Source: a virus
DNA: 64,000 bases
IMG/VR virus record: IMGVR_UViG_3300018080_000129
Coordinates: 39,501-103,500 of that record
Direction: 5' to 3' (one strand)
Part shown: positions 61,184 through 64,000 of the stretch, piece by piece
Numbering within the stretch: the stretch's first letter is position 1
Layout of the letters: each line of letters opens with the position of its first letter
Notes under the pieces: model-generated
What the model was told of the DNA's origin: nothing
What the model saw: only the letters and a program-made list of their open reading frames with translations
Databases searched by the model: none
Made by a program: the position numbers and the translations under genes

Positions 61184-61639
61184 TTATTCAACAGCGATTT
61201 TCAGCCCTCGAAATACCGCCGCGAAACCAGCAAAATTGCCTCCATCTGCCTTGTGCTTGCGTAAAAAGGCCGCAATCATCATTCCTCCGTCCGTCATCTT
61301 CACAAACCCATTGATGGTGCTCAGAATCTCCACAAGACCCGCTTCTTCGAGGTCTTCGAGACAATCCCAATCATCATGTTGAGGAAGTCTTCGTGTCTTG
61401 TCGGTTGTATCGTTTTCTTTCCAGTAACCGCCCAGTCTTGTACCATAATCCTCTTCCCAAGCCCCTACGTGACTACGAGCACCGACCGGAAGAGGACAAT
61501 GACTCTCAGACTGCCTGTTGATTCTCATCTTGGCGAAATCAATCTCGCCCACTCCCTTCTTACCATCCACACAAATGCACTCGATGTAGGCCAGTAAGCT
61601 CCAGTGGTCTTTGCCAAAATCCTCAATCTTGACTGCCAT
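61184..61639 (-). CDS. hypothetical protein
   Basis: AAGGAG RBS. Confidence 0.7.
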   Translation of the reverse strand: MAVKIEDFGKDHWSLLAYIECICVDGKKGVGEIDFAKMRINRQSESHCPLPVGARSHVGAWEEDYGTRLGGYWKENDTTDKTRRLPQHDDWDCLEDLEEAGLVEILSTINGFVKMTDGGMMIAAFLRKHKADGGNFAGFAAVFRGLKIAVE

Positions 61640-61650
61640 GATACGCTCCT

Positions 61651-62787
61651 TTAATAGTAAAGCCCAATTCTGCCATATTTTTTTCTCTTTTCCTTGCTTG
61701 GCTCATTATGATGTGCCCACCACCAGAATCCCGTCTGGCTTGCCACCATGACGACAATAAGCACGATATAAGACCAGAGAGGCGGTTCAATGGAAATGTA
61801 ATTGAACTTATCCCATTCCTTGATGATGTAATTCTCGTAAACTTCCTTTTCGATTTTCGGAATAAGCTCCGTATTGACGTTGTTTTGAAGTAGAATTGTT
61901 TCGAGATTCCGCTTGACGATTTCCTGTTCTGTCCAACCAAAGACGTAACTCCATGTGGTTTTGTCGCCATCCGAGCCAAAGCAAAGCACAAGGTCGTTCT
62001 TCTTGCCACCAAACCACGCTGCTTCCTGCCAGAAGCCCATCTGCTTATCCTGATTGCCAAACCCAACCAGTATGACATTGACTTTTTTGGTCGGGCCGAG
62101 CCGTGAATTCATCCTATCCCATTCGAGAAGATTCACACGGCTGGCTGTTCCTAAGAGTCGATTCGAGGCCCTCCAGTCCTTGTTCGCAGGATACCCGTAA
62201 ACCTTGACATCCTTGGGAACCTTGGCAAAGGTAAAGACAGACGGAGCCGCCTTGACTCGATTGTGCCACGTGTAGGTTTCGATAGTAGGATAGACATAGC
62301 CCGTATTGTTGTGGGCAACATAATCGTTTCTATCGCCGCCATCAAAACCAGGGCGGTATCCTTGTACTGTTTCAATCTTATCCCCAAAATTCTTAACTAT
62401 TTCGTCAAAGAAACTCTCAGTTATTTCCTTGACGGCTTCTTTTGTGCCATAGCTAATGTCACACGTCCAGTGTTTCCGATGAGTCCTGTGCTCCGTCGTG
62501 TAGTAAATCTCCGTCCGCTGATTTTTTCCACTACCGACCGTGCGCATGTGCATCTCCTGATATTCCTCAATCCATTTCGGATGATGAGTCGTTTTCACAA
62601 TCTGGCCCGACCATGTTTCCACGTCGGTCGTCAAACCATGAAAGGCAATCAGATGGCAGATGCCCGACACCGCAAAACCGACAACACTGCCAGCCACCCA
62701 TTCCCACCAGACAACTTCCTTGCTGCGTATCCAGCAGAACGCTCCGACCGCAAGAGGAATACAAGCGAACAGGTAAAAGAAAAGCAT
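61651..62787 (-). CDS. membrane protein (2 N-terminal TM, large soluble domain, C-terminal TM)
   Basis: Hydrophobic segments at both ends. Confidence 0.7.
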   Translation of the reverse strand: MLFFYLFACIPLAVGAFCWIRSKEVVWWEWVAGSVVGFAVSGICHLIAFHGLTTDVETWSGQIVKTTHHPKWIEEYQEMHMRTVGSGKNQRTEIYYTTEHRTHRKHWTCDISYGTKEAVKEITESFFDEIVKNFGDKIETVQGYRPGFDGGDRNDYVAHNNTGYVYPTIETYTWHNRVKAAPSVFTFAKVPKDVKVYGYPANKDWRASNRLLGTASRVNLLEWDRMNSRLGPTKKVNVILVGFGNQDKQMGFWQEAAWFGGKKNDLVLCFGSDGDKTTWSYVFGWTEQEIVKRNLETILLQNNVNTELIPKIEKEVYENYIIKEWDKFNYISIEPPLWSYIVLIVVMVASQTGFWWWAHHNEPSKEKRKKYGRIGLYY

Positions 62788-62788
62788 C

Positions 62789-63115
62789 CTACTGTCCTTT
62801 CTCGAACCCTGTTTTCTTGCCTTCAGCATCAACAGGGTCGCCACTATCGCTCAAACGACATTCGTTTGGATTATGACCCTTCACGATGAAAAGACTTCTC
62901 AGCACCCTCAACAGATGAAAGCGAGGGTCATTTGACTTCAAATCCGTATTTGTCATTATGTAGTAAATGACCGCACAAAAATCATCCATCGTGAAAGAAA
63001 CTTCCACCTGACTGTCTGGAATGTTCAGAGTAATATCGGGCATTCCTACAATCCCTCCCCAACTCTTGAATTCCATGCCGTCAGGCTTGCTTCCCATCAC
63101 CAGAGTCAGACTCAT
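62789..63115 (-). CDS. hypothetical protein
   Basis: Coupled ORF. Confidence 0.55.
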   Translation of the reverse strand: MSLTLVMGSKPDGMEFKSWGGIVGMPDITLNIPDSQVEVSFTMDDFCAVIYYIMTNTDLKSNDPRFHLLRVLRSLFIVKGHNPNECRLSDSGDPVDAEGKKTGFEKGQ

Positions 63116-63681
63116 TTCTTTTCGTCCTTTTTCTGAAATACCTCTGTGTCATCGTCTACGCCCGTCTGCATAGCTGCCTTAGCACGGGTCGAAGTAACAA
63201 TGGTAATCGAAATCTTCTGCCTTCCGAGGATGCCGCAAACCATGCTCGAAGGAAACTTGTCCAGCAGATTGTCGTGCTCTCGTTTCAAATCGACAAGTTC
63301 CTTCTGACGCATTGTCCAACGGTCGCGAGAGCCGGTAATGATGTTCTGGAGATTGTTGAACGTGCTCGTGTCCACGTTCGGCACGGACTCCTTAATCCAA
63401 AGAGCCAAAGAGCCTCCAGACTGGCTACCGCCACGGGCCTTTGCGTGTTCATTGAAGATTTCCTTGAGCGATTCGACCTGTTTGTCCGTCACCTGAGCCG
63501 ATTGCCCAATTTTCTTGACCATGTTGTCGAACTCACTCTCGTTGTCCGTGTGCTTCGCGCTGATGGTATTGCGAAGCCCCACTTCCCTGTTGTGGACACT
63601 GACACCATAGATGCCACAAATGAGAACCGTAATTACCAGCACAACCACAACACCGGCTGCTACCATACATCCTTTGCTCAT
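63112..63681 (-). CDS. LemA-like single-TM helical protein
   Basis: N-terminal TM, then N.EV.L...I...KR.H.NLL..FPS. Confidence 0.5.
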   Translation of the reverse strand: MSKGCMVAAGVVVVLVITVLICGIYGVSVHNREVGLRNTISAKHTDNESEFDNMVKKIGQSAQVTDKQVESLKEIFNEHAKARGGSQSGGSLALWIKESVPNVDTSTFNNLQNIITGSRDRWTMRQKELVDLKREHDNLLDKFPSSMVCGILGRQKISITIVTSTRAKAAMQTGVDDDTEVFQKKDEKK

Positions 63682-63704
63682 TTTCTTGCTCCTTTCTAAT
63701 AGTT

Positions 63705-63944
63705 TCATTCTTCTGAATACACTTCGTCAAGATACTCCTGCCAACATCTTTCTTCTTCCTCGGACAACTTGAACCCAAGAGCTTCAATGTCCTTTTTCAT
63801 TTGCAACATGCCTTCCTTCGCTTGCTGCTCATAATCCCTGACTTCGAAAGGACTCATGTCCAGCACAAGATAGCCAATGCCACGAAAGCTTTCTGTTAGC
63901 TGGAGAATGTCCTTCCATGACTTGGGAGCAGGCATCTCGACCAT
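63705..63944 (-). CDS. hypothetical protein
   Basis: ORF. Confidence 0.55.
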   Translation of the reverse strand: MVEMPAPKSWKDILQLTESFRGIGYLVLDMSPFEVRDYEQQAKEGMLQMKKDIEALGFKLSEEEERCWQEYLDEVYSEE

Positions 63945-64000
63945 TTTGTCTTTCTTCGGGTCATACGAAGAGACACAGCTTATCTTTCCCGCATCGTAGA

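Noticed and set aside
1-64000. Genome-wide TAG recoding (genetic code 15)
   Set aside because: Long genes are intact under code 11 and several end naturally at TAG; in-frame ambers appear only at codon 3 of a few ORFs.

Overview
This window is a 64 kb segment of a large tailed dsDNA phage genome, with essentially all genes on the minus strand. Left part: head morphogenesis and packaging (large terminase with an intein, portal, probable prohead protease with an intein, two acidic scaffold-like proteins, decoration protein, major capsid), preceded by a recurring phage-specific promoter-like motif. Middle: NusG-like and sigma-like regulators, a two-component system, a Ro60/TROVE gene, a glycosyltransferase/radical SAM cluster and a 1688-aa collagen-like fibre. 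Right part: a dense ncRNA/translation-rescue region. The most notable signals are absent from the ORF track: (1) four covarying Y-RNA-like RNAs that share one scaffold but carry different cargo (one is a circularly permuted tRNA mimic, one sits in a probable attenuator upstream of the Ro60 gene); (2) three solitary type I-C-like CRISPR repeats, each just 5' of an ncRNA; (3) an ncRNA resembling the 23S rRNA L1 stalk; (4) three ORFs with a good RBS and an amber codon at position 3, including a hidden Pth2-like peptidyl-tRNA hydrolase and two RxPP peptides; (5) a tmRNA and two atypical CAU tRNAs; (6) a shared N-terminal amphipathic leader on many small late proteins. All calls come from reading the sequence by eye; no searches or folding programs were run.
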